From: an uncultured Alphaproteobacteria bacterium
GTDB taxonomy: Bacteria > Pseudomonadota > Alphaproteobacteria > CAAGCB01 > CAG-977
NCBI GenBank assembly: GCA_937912005.1
Contig: CALDOX010000015.1
Span: forward strand, 180,303-244,302
Direction of reading: 5' to 3'
DNA length: 64,000 bases
Made by a program: the position numbers and the translations under genes. Below, in pieces: positions 29,150 through 37,922 of the stretch. The notes beneath the pieces are model-generated. The model saw only the letters and a list, made by a program, of their open reading frames with translations. It did not search any database and was not told the DNA's origin. Positions within the stretch are counted from its first letter, which is position 1. Every line of letters begins with the position of its first letter.

Positions 29150-31270
29150 ATGGCAAACGAACCCGTCAAAGCAGGCTCCATTCCCTCGCCGGCAAACATT
29201 AAACAAGGCCTTTTCTCCATAGGAAGACGGTCGGATATCGCTTTGGCGCTGGGCATCGTTTTGATGCTGGTCATTTTGATTCTGCCGCTGGCGCCTTGGC
29301 TGTTGGACGTGGCCTTAGCGTTGTCATTGACCTTTTCCGTTTTGGTTTTAATGACTTCCATTTTTATTGAAAAGCCGATTCAGTTTACGTCTTTCCCGTT
29401 GGTTTTATTAATCACGACTCTATTTCGATTGGCGCTGAACCTGTCTTCCACCCGTTTAATTCTGGCCAACGGCTACAGAGGTCCCGAAGCCGCCGGTCAT
29501 GTCATTGCCGCGTTCGGCGGATTTATTATGAGCGGCAATTTCATCATCGGCGTGATCGTGTTCGCCATTTTGGTTTTGGTCAACTTTATGGTCATTACCA
29601 AAGGTTCCGGCCGTATCGCAGAAGTCGCGGCCCGTTTTGCTTTGGACGCGATGCCCGGCAAGCAAATGGCAATTGATGCGGATTTGTCTTCCGGTTTGAT
29701 TGACGAACCCGAAGCCCGCAAACGCCGTGACGAACTTTCGCAGGAATCCAGTTTTTACGGAGCTATGGACGGTGCTTCCAAATTCGTGCGCGGAGACGCG
29801 ATCGCCGGCCTTGTCATTACGGCGATCAACATCATTGCGGGAATCTTAATCGGCGTTCTGCAGCAAAACATGCCGTTTATGAAAGCGGCCAATACTTATA
29901 TGCGCTTAACGGTCGGTGACGGTCTGGTTTCACAAATTCCCGCTCTGATCATTTCCGTTGCGGCCGGTATTATGGTTTCCAAGGCGGGCATTTCCGGCGG
30001 CACGGAAAAAGTTTTGTTCGGCCAGCTGTCTCATTATCCGAAAGCGCTCGGTATGACATCTTTTCTGGCGTTTATGCTGGCGACGCTGCCCGGCACGCCT
30101 GCCGCGCCGTTTTTATTTTTAAGCGTCGTCACCGGAACAACGGCTTATTTCCTGATTCGTCAGCAGCAAAAAGCAAAAGAGGAAGCCGAACGGATGTTGT
30201 TGGAACAACAGCCGGAAACACCGCCGCCGATTGTGGAAGAACCTATCTCCAGCGTATTGAAAATGGATTTAGTGCGTCTGGAATTGGGTTACAGCCTGCT
30301 TTCCCTGATCAATGACACGTCCAATCGCCGACTGACCGATCAAATCAAAGCTTTAAGACGCGCTTTGGCTTTGGAAATGGGATTTGTTATGCCGTCCGTT
30401 CGTATTCAGGACAATATGCGTCTGCCCCCGAATACCTATGTCATTTATATCAAAGAAACAGAATCCGGACGGGGTGAACTGCGTCCCAATAAATTACTGG
30501 TCATGGATCCGCGCGGTGAAGAGATCGCATTGGAAGGGGAAAAAACGAAAGAACCGACTTTTGGTCTGGCCGCGATGTGGATTGATATGACGGCCAGAGA
30601 AGACGCAATGTTCCGCGGCTACACGGTTGTTGACTGCCCTACAATCATCACGACGCATATTACCGAACTGGTCAAAGCAAACATGTCCGAACTGCTGAGT
30701 TATGCGGAAACGCAAAAACTGCTGCAGGAACTGGATAAGGATCAACAAAAACTGGTTGAAGAACTGATTCCCAAGAAAATCACCATCGGCGGCGTACAGC
30801 GCATTTTACAAAACTTGCTGACGGAACGCGTATCGATTCGCGATTTGCCGACAATTTTGGAAGGCATATCCGAAGCATGTTCGGTTACGCAAAGTTTAAT
30901 GGTGATCACGGAACATGTCCGCACGCGTTTATCGCGCCAGATTTCAAATGCGGTTGCCGGACCTGACGGCATAATTCCTTTAGTGACTTTATCGGGCGAA
31001 TGGGAACAAAATTTTGCCGAGTCTCTTTCCGGACAGGGCGAAGAAAAGCAACTTTCCATGGCTCCCACTCAAATTCAAAAATTTATTTTGCGTATCCGTC
31101 AAGTCTTTGAAGACCTGGCAGCCCGCGGAGAATCGCCGGTTTTGCTGACCAGTCCGGGAATTCGTCCTTATGTCCGTTCAATTATTGAGCGCTTTCGCCC
31201 GACAACTGTGGTAATATCGCAGAATGAGATTCATCCGCGTGCAAAAATCAGAACGGTAGGACAAGTTTAG
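29150..31270 (+). CDS. flhA: Flagellar biosynthesis protein FlhA (export gate).
   Basis: 706 aa, the FlhA family. It has N-terminal TM helices and the conserved FHIPEP region. Confidence 0.95.
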   Translation: MANEPVKAGSIPSPANIKQGLFSIGRRSDIALALGIVLMLVILILPLAPWLLDVALALSLTFSVLVLMTSIFIEKPIQFTSFPLVLLITTLFRLALNLSSTRLILANGYRGPEAAGHVIAAFGGFIMSGNFIIGVIVFAILVLVNFMVITKGSGRIAEVAARFALDAMPGKQMAIDADLSSGLIDEPEARKRRDELSQESSFYGAMDGASKFVRGDAIAGLVITAINIIAGILIGVLQQNMPFMKAANTYMRLTVGDGLVSQIPALIISVAAGIMVSKAGISGGTEKVLFGQLSHYPKALGMTSFLAFMLATLPGTPAAPFLFLSVVTGTTAYFLIRQQQKAKEEAERMLLEQQPETPPPIVEEPISSVLKMDLVRLELGYSLLSLINDTSNRRLTDQIKALRRALALEMGFVMPSVRIQDNMRLPPNTYVIYIKETESGRGELRPNKLLVMDPRGEEIALEGEKTKEPTFGLAAMWIDMTAREDAMFRGYTVVDCPTIITTHITELVKANMSELLSYAETQKLLQELDKDQQKLVEELIPKKITIGGVQRILQNLLTERVSIRDLPTILEGISEACSVTQSLMVITEHVRTRLSRQISNAVAGPDGIIPLVTLSGEWEQNFAESLSGQGEEKQLSMAPTQIQKFILRIRQVFEDLAARGESPVLLTSPGIRPYVRSIIERFRPTTVVISQNEIHPRAKIRTVGQV

Positions 31271-31280
31271 AGAACTGTAA

Positions 31281-32267
31281 ATGAAGATTAAAACCTATAC
31301 CGCCCCGACAATGTCCGAAGCTATGGACCTATTGCGCCATGAGCTGGGGGAAAACGCGATTATCGTGTCAACTCAGCGATTGGGAACCGGCGCGGGAATA
31401 CGTCTGACCGCAGCTATAGAAGAAAATGACCGCGACATTGAAATCGAACAGCTGTATAACGACGAAGAACCTCAGGAAACGGAGCTGCAGCGCGCCGTTC
31501 GGGAAATATTGGCTTATCACGCCCTGCCCGAACCGTTAATTGAAAAAATCGTCCTGCATGTAAAAGAGTCTAAAAACAAAAGTTCTCTGGTATCTTTCGC
31601 TTCCGCTTTGGACACGGTCTTCAGTTTTCATCCGCTGCCCGAACAGATTAAAGGGCAGGCTTTTATGCTGACCGGCGCGGCAGGCAGCGGAAAAACCGTC
31701 ATTACGGGCAAGTTAGCCACCCGAGCTTGCTTATCGGGACATAAAGTCGGCCTGATTTCAGCGGACTCCGTACGCGCCGGCGCCGCCGAACAGCTGGTTG
31801 CTTTTACAAACATTCTGGATATCACGCTTTTAAAAGCGCGTTCTCCGGAAAATTTACAGTCTCATATTACCGTTTTGCGCAGGACTTGCGATCTGATTTT
31901 CATTGATATGCCGGCGTTTAACCCGTTTCAGCCGACCGACATGGAATATCTGACCGATTATATTGAAGCGGCAGACGCTTTGCCCGTCATGGTCATGCCG
32001 GCGGGAGTCGATCCGCTGGAATCCATGGAAACAGCGGAAGCCTTTGCCGAAGCCGGCGCAATTTATTTATTGGCGACGCGATTGGATGCCGCCCGACGCT
32101 TCGGCGGCGTATTGGCGGCGGCGGATGCCGGTCGTTTGACGCTGTGCGAAGCCAGCATGAGTCAAAACATCACCCGGGGATTGTCCCCGATCGACGCAGT
32201 TTCTCTGGCAAAATTGCTGTCGACATCATCGGAAGAATCCGATTCTGCTACAAGGAAAAAACCATGA
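31281..32267 (+). CDS. flhF: Flagellar biosynthesis GTPase FlhF (SRP-like).
   Basis: A C-terminal SRP-GTPase-like domain with a divergent P-loop (LTGAAGSGKTVITGKLA). Its position between flhA and fleN is the canonical flhA-flhF-flhG order. Confidence 0.65.
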   Translation: MKIKTYTAPTMSEAMDLLRHELGENAIIVSTQRLGTGAGIRLTAAIEENDRDIEIEQLYNDEEPQETELQRAVREILAYHALPEPLIEKIVLHVKESKNKSSLVSFASALDTVFSFHPLPEQIKGQAFMLTGAAGSGKTVITGKLATRACLSGHKVGLISADSVRAGAAEQLVAFTNILDITLLKARSPENLQSHITVLRRTCDLIFIDMPAFNPFQPTDMEYLTDYIEAADALPVMVMPAGVDPLESMETAEAFAEAGAIYLLATRLDAARRFGGVLAAADAGRLTLCEASMSQNITRGLSPIDAVSLAKLLSTSSEESDSATRKKP

Positions 32268-33079
32268 ATACGTCAACAACGCAAAACTCCTCTGAACAGA
32301 TACTGGCCTTAGCACCCAGAAAGGTTATGCGCCCTCAGGTCCGCAATATGATTGCAGTTGCTTCCGGAAAAGGCGGCGTCGGCAAAACCTGGTTTTCAAT
32401 CACGCTTGCCCATGCTTTCGCGCAAAACGGCTTAAAAACTTTGCTTTTTGACGGAGATCTGGGATTGGCGAATATTGATATTCAGCTGGGATTGATGCCG
32501 TCGCATGATCTGGGCAGCGTCATCGCCGGAAAGATCACGCTCAATCAGGCAATCTGCCACTATGAAGAAGGCGGCTTTGACATTATCGCCGGCCGGTCGG
32601 GCTCAGGCAGTCTGTCCAATGTACCGCTGAGCCGTCTGCAGCTGATCAACGATGATTTGCGTTTGTTGGCCGGCGGATATGACCGCGTGATCGTGGATTT
32701 GGGCGCCGGCGTGGAAAAACCCGTGCGTTTGTTTGCTTCTTCCGCGGCTACGTTATTGATTGTCTGCACGGATGAACCGACTTCTTTAACAGACGCTTAC
32801 GCATTCATCAAAATGGTTTGCATGGAACAGCCGCAGCCCAATATCAACATTGTTGTCAACTCGGCCAATTCCGCCCGGGACGGAGAAAGAACCTACACAA
32901 CGCTGTTGAAAGCCTGTCAGGGATTCCTGCGCATTTCACCGCCTTTGGCCGGCGTGATTCGCAGAGATACGCGCGTTCGGGACGCCATTCGCAATCAAAC
33001 ATCCATCCTGCGCCGCCATCCCAATACGGAAGCCGCCGAAGACGTTTTAACCATCGCCGCCCGCCTGACCAAAGAATAA
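32264..33079 (+). CDS. fleN: MinD/ParA-type flagellar number regulator FlhG/FleN.
   Basis: Deviant Walker A (VASGKGGVGKTWFSITLA). The start overlaps the flhF stop (ATGA). Confidence 0.8.
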   Translation: MNTSTTQNSSEQILALAPRKVMRPQVRNMIAVASGKGGVGKTWFSITLAHAFAQNGLKTLLFDGDLGLANIDIQLGLMPSHDLGSVIAGKITLNQAICHYEEGGFDIIAGRSGSGSLSNVPLSRLQLINDDLRLLAGGYDRVIVDLGAGVEKPVRLFASSAATLLIVCTDEPTSLTDAYAFIKMVCMEQPQPNINIVVNSANSARDGERTYTTLLKACQGFLRISPPLAGVIRRDTRVRDAIRNQTSILRRHPNTEAAEDVLTIAARLTKE

Positions 33080-33089
33080 AGGCTTTTAA

Positions 33090-35018
33090 ATGAGCAGCCC
33101 TACCGTTTCCCTTCAAAATTCGGGGCTCACTGCTCAAACGGCCGCGGCAGCGACGGTTGTATCCATTCCGGATGCGCCTGCGGAAATGCGGGAACTGCCC
33201 ACGGGATCAATTTTGCCGGCCGTATTCATTCCTGCCAAAACCGTATCGGAAATGCCGGTCATACAAATGACTTTGCCCGACGGCAAAGAATTGGCCGTTC
33301 CCGTCAAAAGCACGCATATGCTGCGCGTTCCGACACCGGTCAGCATAAAAATCCTGCCTTTCGACGCAAAAAAAACGATGACGGTCCGCGTCCACTTTTC
33401 AGCCCCTCTGCCCGATATCAAAAAAGCGATAAAAGACCTGCCGGAAGCTTTACAGTCACAAGACGCCACGGCTTCTTCCGTTCAAAAACATTCTATTCCT
33501 CTCAGAGCTTTCGTTCTGCGATCCGTTCCCGAACAAATTACAGCTTTGATGAATGAAATGGAATCTCCCGTCGAACAAAATCTGCCGCCTTTAAAACCGG
33601 AGCAAACCGTTCGATTGGAAATTTCTCCGCAATCGAATCAAACAATAAACGCATTAACAGAACATACGCGCCTTCCCGCTGTGCAGACGACAGATCAAAG
33701 CACTTTTCCCAATTCACCACCAAACACCGTTCCGGAAATATCCGAAACAAAGCCGGATTCTTTACCGTCCTTTTCGGCAAATACTTCCGTTTCAACACCC
33801 GAATCATCCGATATTTCTTCCTTTCCCGTAAAAGAAAGCGCTCCGGCTTCTGTTGTGCAATCAATACCGCGACAGGATATCCCCTCCTCTTTTCCGGCCG
33901 AAAATCAGGAAGCGCAAACATCCGTCATTTCTCCAAAAACGGAACCGGCATCGCCTTCCTTTTCTGTTCCACGAGAAAATCCGCCTGAAACCGTTTCACG
34001 GGCTTCTGCTCTCCCGACACAAACTCCCCCGGCTCTTTCCTTAGAAAAAAACGAACCGTTTATTAAAGATCATCCTCTGCCCCTTCCTGCGGAACCGGCG
34101 CCCGAACAAATCTCTTCCCCAACATCCTCATCTGCCGAAAAAACAACACAAATCTTGCCCTCTCCCTTCCCTTTAAAAGGAGTCGTTTTCGATTTTAAAG
34201 AACGCTCGGCTCCTCTGGTTATTACCAAAATAGGCGTATTGGCACTGGAAGAAAAAATTCAACTGCCGCATTTGACACCGGTCAATGTTCAAATTACGGA
34301 AATAGCCGAGCCGCCGGCATTCTCTTTAACGGAGCATACGGACAATCCCGTTTTCCGAGGAATTGAAGAAACGTTGAATTTGCTGCGGGACACGGATTCG
34401 GCATCGTTCGAATCTTTCAAAAACGCCCTGCCGCAAATCGGCAATAAATTGCCGGCGCAAATCATTTCTTTTATCAACACCGCTTCCCGAAACGTGCCGG
34501 TTTCTTCTTTTATCGGGGAATCAAGCGTCGTCGTATTGCAAAGTTTAGGTGAAAAGGGGCATAGTCTGCTTACTCAAATCGAAAAAGAAATCACCGCTTC
34601 ACCAAAAAAAGTCACGGATGGCCGAAGCTCTTGGAAAGGATGGACCGTTCCTTTTTTATCCGGCGCAATAGTCGAACCGGTTTCTCTTTATTTGCAAAAA
34701 CCGCACGAAAACGGCCACCGGCAAAAAGGAACAGTCTCCAAACCGAATGCCGTCCGTTTCGTTTTGGATTTGAATCTGACACGACTGGGCAATCTGCAAA
34801 TGGACGGACTGGCTCACCGCAGCGAGCGTCGGTTTGACTTGATCATACGCCATCAAAACGATTTGCCTGACGCTTTTGATGAAAAAATCCGTTTCATTTT
34901 CACACAGACTTTATCGGCGTTGAATTATACGGGAACGGTCAAGGTTGATCACACGGATCAATTTATCGTTTTAACTCAAGAACTTGAAACCGAATCAAAA
35001 CGGGGTGTTTGGGCGTGA
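33090..35018 (+). CDS. Proline/serine-rich protein with a FliK-like (Flg_hook) C-terminal domain. It may be a second length-control or flagellar accessory protein.
   Basis: 642-aa ORF. The central ~350 aa are Pro/Ser/Thr-rich and low in complexity. The C-terminal segment RFVLDLNLTRLGNLQMDGLAHRSERRFDLIIRHQND...IRFIFTQTLSALNYTG follows the L-x-L-x-LG-x-L pattern of the FliK C-terminal domain. The ORF is in-operon, 10 nt after fleN. Confidence 0.4.
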   Translation: MSSPTVSLQNSGLTAQTAAAATVVSIPDAPAEMRELPTGSILPAVFIPAKTVSEMPVIQMTLPDGKELAVPVKSTHMLRVPTPVSIKILPFDAKKTMTVRVHFSAPLPDIKKAIKDLPEALQSQDATASSVQKHSIPLRAFVLRSVPEQITALMNEMESPVEQNLPPLKPEQTVRLEISPQSNQTINALTEHTRLPAVQTTDQSTFPNSPPNTVPEISETKPDSLPSFSANTSVSTPESSDISSFPVKESAPASVVQSIPRQDIPSSFPAENQEAQTSVISPKTEPASPSFSVPRENPPETVSRASALPTQTPPALSLEKNEPFIKDHPLPLPAEPAPEQISSPTSSSAEKTTQILPSPFPLKGVVFDFKERSAPLVITKIGVLALEEKIQLPHLTPVNVQITEIAEPPAFSLTEHTDNPVFRGIEETLNLLRDTDSASFESFKNALPQIGNKLPAQIISFINTASRNVPVSSFIGESSVVVLQSLGEKGHSLLTQIEKEITASPKKVTDGRSSWKGWTVPFLSGAIVEPVSLYLQKPHENGHRQKGTVSKPNAVRFVLDLNLTRLGNLQMDGLAHRSERRFDLIIRHQNDLPDAFDEKIRFIFTQTLSALNYTGTVKVDHTDQFIVLTQELETESKRGVWA

Positions 35019-36070
35019 AGGATAAAAAAGGATACTACGCCATACTGCATGTTGATGAAACGGCCAGCGAAAAGGAAATAAAAAACGCTTTTCGCCGCGA
35101 AGTTAAACTGTATCATCCCGACAAAAACCATGATCCGAACGCCGGAGCAATCTACCTGAAAATTAATGAATCTTATCGGGTTTTAACCGATCCCGATGCC
35201 CGGAAAGCTTACGACAATCTGCCTGATGCCGCCGCCGATTTTATTCCTTGCTGTCTATGCGGCCGGCATGCGCATCAGCCGCGGTTCATTTTTTTTGATG
35301 TCGGTGAAAACATTTCGCAAGGCGGCGTATATTGCCGCCCCTGCGCTTCCCGTCGGCAATTCAAAGCCGCAATGAAAATCTGGAAAAAATTTCTGATTTC
35401 TCCGGTTAAAAGCTGGCGTTTGTTAAAGCAAGCCAGAGCCATGCGGGAACAACCCGCTGACAAAAACTTTGATATGCTGCTGCAAAACGCGGCGGCTTTC
35501 AACAGCGAAAAACGGTATGGTTTAGCAAAATTTCTGGCGGAACAGGCGCGGCGGTTCGCGCCCGATCAGCCGGAACGTGCGAAAGTCAATACGTTCCTGA
35601 ACATTCTTCCCGAAGCTCCGTACCGCTATGAACCGGACGAATGGAAAATTAAAGGAACGGATACACTGCGTGTTTACCTCCCTGTTTTTATCGGCATTCT
35701 GATTATTTTATTGCTTTTTTCTTTTCCGTATCTTCCGCGCTTATTACCGGATAATTCTTATGATTTGGCTGATTATGAACAGCAAAACGTTATCTTTTTG
35801 CCTTTCGGCCTGTCCGATGAAACTCAGCTGTATCATACTCGAAAAGACAATGTTTCCGCTTATCAGGCTCCCAGTACAAAAAGCGGTATTTTAGCTGTTT
35901 TACCGGCACAAACAACGGTCCGTATGACGGGATATGTACCGAAGACACCTTGGGTACAGGCGATGACGCATCAAGGCTTGATTGTCTTTATCCGCCGATC
36001 CGATTTGGAAAAAGGAGTCGGTGCGGAAAAAAAGCCTTACAATTCAAAAATCCTGCCGACAAAAGATTAA
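35009..36070 (+). CDS. J-domain (DnaJ-like) membrane protein with a Cys-rich segment and a C-terminal SH3-like domain.
   Basis: J-domain (YYAILHVDETASEKEIKNAFRREVKLYHPDKN). A CCLCGRHAH...CRPCAS Cys cluster, a TM helix (VFIGILIILLLFSFPYL), then a C-terminal region. Its TTG/GTG start overlaps the upstream stop, so it is translationally coupled to the flagellar operon. Confidence 0.65.
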   Translation: MGVKDKKGYYAILHVDETASEKEIKNAFRREVKLYHPDKNHDPNAGAIYLKINESYRVLTDPDARKAYDNLPDAAADFIPCCLCGRHAHQPRFIFFDVGENISQGGVYCRPCASRRQFKAAMKIWKKFLISPVKSWRLLKQARAMREQPADKNFDMLLQNAAAFNSEKRYGLAKFLAEQARRFAPDQPERAKVNTFLNILPEAPYRYEPDEWKIKGTDTLRVYLPVFIGILIILLLFSFPYLPRLLPDNSYDLADYEQQNVIFLPFGLSDETQLYHTRKDNVSAYQAPSTKSGILAVLPAQTTVRMTGYVPKTPWVQAMTHQGLIVFIRRSDLEKGVGAEKKPYNSKILPTKD

Positions 36071-36594
36071 GCTTTTTTCTTTTCTTTCAGAATGGCGTCG
36101 ATATTCAGCCGAATTTGTCCGGCTTCCGGATTGTCTTTCAAATTATAAAGCAACACATGAACACCGGCCGTTTTCAGCATTTTTTGACGTCTTAAATGTC
36201 GTTTTTTGTTTTCGCCTTCCAATTCGACGACACATACGATATTTAAAGCCGCATCGCAAATAACAAAATCGACCCGTTTCAAATTGAACGGCGCCCAAAA
36301 ATCCCAATGATTTGTTTCGATCAAAGCCCGCATCGACACATGAGGGAAAACAAAAAAGCCTTCCGGAATCGACCGCCGCAGCAAAAGAAAAAATTTTTCT
36401 TCATCGTCATTTAAAACTTTTTTCGGTTTATAGTATTTGCTGATAATATCGCGCTGTTTATCAGAAATCCACGCCAACAGGCACAACATAATGTATCCGC
36501 CCAATAACAGACCGATAATCGATACCATTACATAAACGCCGTTATTGGAAAGAAGCGTCTGCACCAATGACATCAAAGTCGTTTCATCGTCCAT
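36067..36594 (-). CDS. Membrane-anchored DUF2726-like (NERD/PD-(D/E)xK-like) protein.
   Basis: N-terminal TM (VMVSIIGLLLGGYIMLCLLAWI). The C-terminal region with RVDFVICD...VVELEG resembles DUF2726. Confidence 0.45.
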   Translation of the reverse strand: MDDETTLMSLVQTLLSNNGVYVMVSIIGLLLGGYIMLCLLAWISDKQRDIISKYYKPKKVLNDDEEKFFLLLRRSIPEGFFVFPHVSMRALIETNHWDFWAPFNLKRVDFVICDAALNIVCVVELEGENKKRHLRRQKMLKTAGVHVLLYNLKDNPEAGQIRLNIDAILKEKKKA

Positions 36595-36667
36595 TGCCGC
36601 CTCCTTTTTTTAAGTTTATTCCTACATCTTATTGTAAAGGTTAAATAAACAAAAGTCCAGAAACCAG

Positions 36668-37858
36668 TCAGATTCCGTATGTTTCGCGCATAAATTTCCG
36701 CAGAACGGGAATCGAGCGTTTAACCGTTTCCGTATCTTTGCAGAATGCGGCGCGGAAATAGCCCGGGCATCCGAAACTGTCCCCCGGAACAAAAATCAGA
36801 TTTGCATACTTGGCTTTGTTGCAAAAGACTCTTGCGTCCGATTCGGGCGATTTCGGGAACAGATAAAACGTCCCGTCAGGACGGACGCATTCGCAGCCCA
36901 ATGACGTAAAAGCGTCATACAATAAATTCATATTCGTTTCATACACTCTTAAATCCGCCGTCGTTCCGATCAGCTCCCCGATCGCCAGTTGAACAAACGC
37001 CGTCGGACAGTTATGTCCCGTTCCGCGCGAAACCTGTCCGCACATCGGCGCAATCATTTCCGCATCAACACAAGCCGGATTGGCGGCCAGATACCCGATA
37101 CGGTCGCCGGGAACGGACAACGATTTTGAAAAAGAATAACAAGATAATGTATTGTCATAATACTTTGACACATACGGCACGGTTTTTCCGTCAAACACGA
37201 TTTCCCGATACGGTTCATCGGAAATAATAAAAATTTCATGGCCGTATTGCTTTTGTTTTTCGACCAAAAGAGCGGCCAGTTTTTTCAATGTTTCCTCTGA
37301 AAAAACAACACCCGAAGGATTGCTGGGGGAATTAACGATCACCGCCGCCGTTTTTTCGTTCAAAGCCTGCTCCAATCTGTCAAAGTCGATCTGAAACGCT
37401 TTTGTGTCCGCTTCAACAACGCGCATTATACCTCCGGCCAGTTCGATATACGGACGGTATTCTGGGAAATACGGAGCGAAAACAATAATTTCCTCTCCCG
37501 GTTCCATAACGCAGTGAATCGCGTGACAAAGCGCGCTTGCCGCGCCGGATGTCATAAAAATATGATCCGCTTTATAAGCCATATCGTATGTTTCGTTCAA
37601 ATAATCGGCGACTTTTTCACGCACGGATAAAATGCCAAGATTCGGACTGTAGCCGTGAATATGAGTAAAATCCGGATCTTCAAGCAATCTTTCAATCTTT
37701 TTGTTATACGCTTCCGGTACGGGAACGGACGGATTGCCAATGCTGTAATCGAAAACGTTGTCAGCGCCGTGTGTTTCAATCCGTTCTGTAGCAAAATAAA
37801 ACATATCCCGAATGACCGATTTTTGACTCAACATTTCTTTGTATTTTTTTGAAAGCAT
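36668..37858 (-). CDS. PLP-dependent class I/II aminotransferase (aspartate/alanine aminotransferase-like).
   Basis: Aminotransferase family blocks (SIGNPSVPVP; SFSKSLSVPGDRIGY, containing the PLP lysine). The start was chosen at the second ATG, which follows GGAG. Confidence 0.8.
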   Translation of the reverse strand: MLSKKYKEMLSQKSVIRDMFYFATERIETHGADNVFDYSIGNPSVPVPEAYNKKIERLLEDPDFTHIHGYSPNLGILSVREKVADYLNETYDMAYKADHIFMTSGAASALCHAIHCVMEPGEEIIVFAPYFPEYRPYIELAGGIMRVVEADTKAFQIDFDRLEQALNEKTAAVIVNSPSNPSGVVFSEETLKKLAALLVEKQKQYGHEIFIISDEPYREIVFDGKTVPYVSKYYDNTLSCYSFSKSLSVPGDRIGYLAANPACVDAEMIAPMCGQVSRGTGHNCPTAFVQLAIGELIGTTADLRVYETNMNLLYDAFTSLGCECVRPDGTFYLFPKSPESDARVFCNKAKYANLIFVPGDSFGCPGYFRAAFCKDTETVKRSIPVLRKFMRETYGI

Positions 37859-37877
37859 CTTTTTCTCCATAAAAAAA

Positions 37878-37905
37878 GCCCCGCTTTCCGGCGGAGCTTT
37901 TTGCC
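37878..37905 (-). terminator. Rho-independent terminator after ileS (minus strand).
   Basis: Read on the minus strand: aaagctccgccggaaagcggggcttttttt. Confidence 0.5.
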
Positions 37906-37922
37906 TTAATTATTAAGAACAA

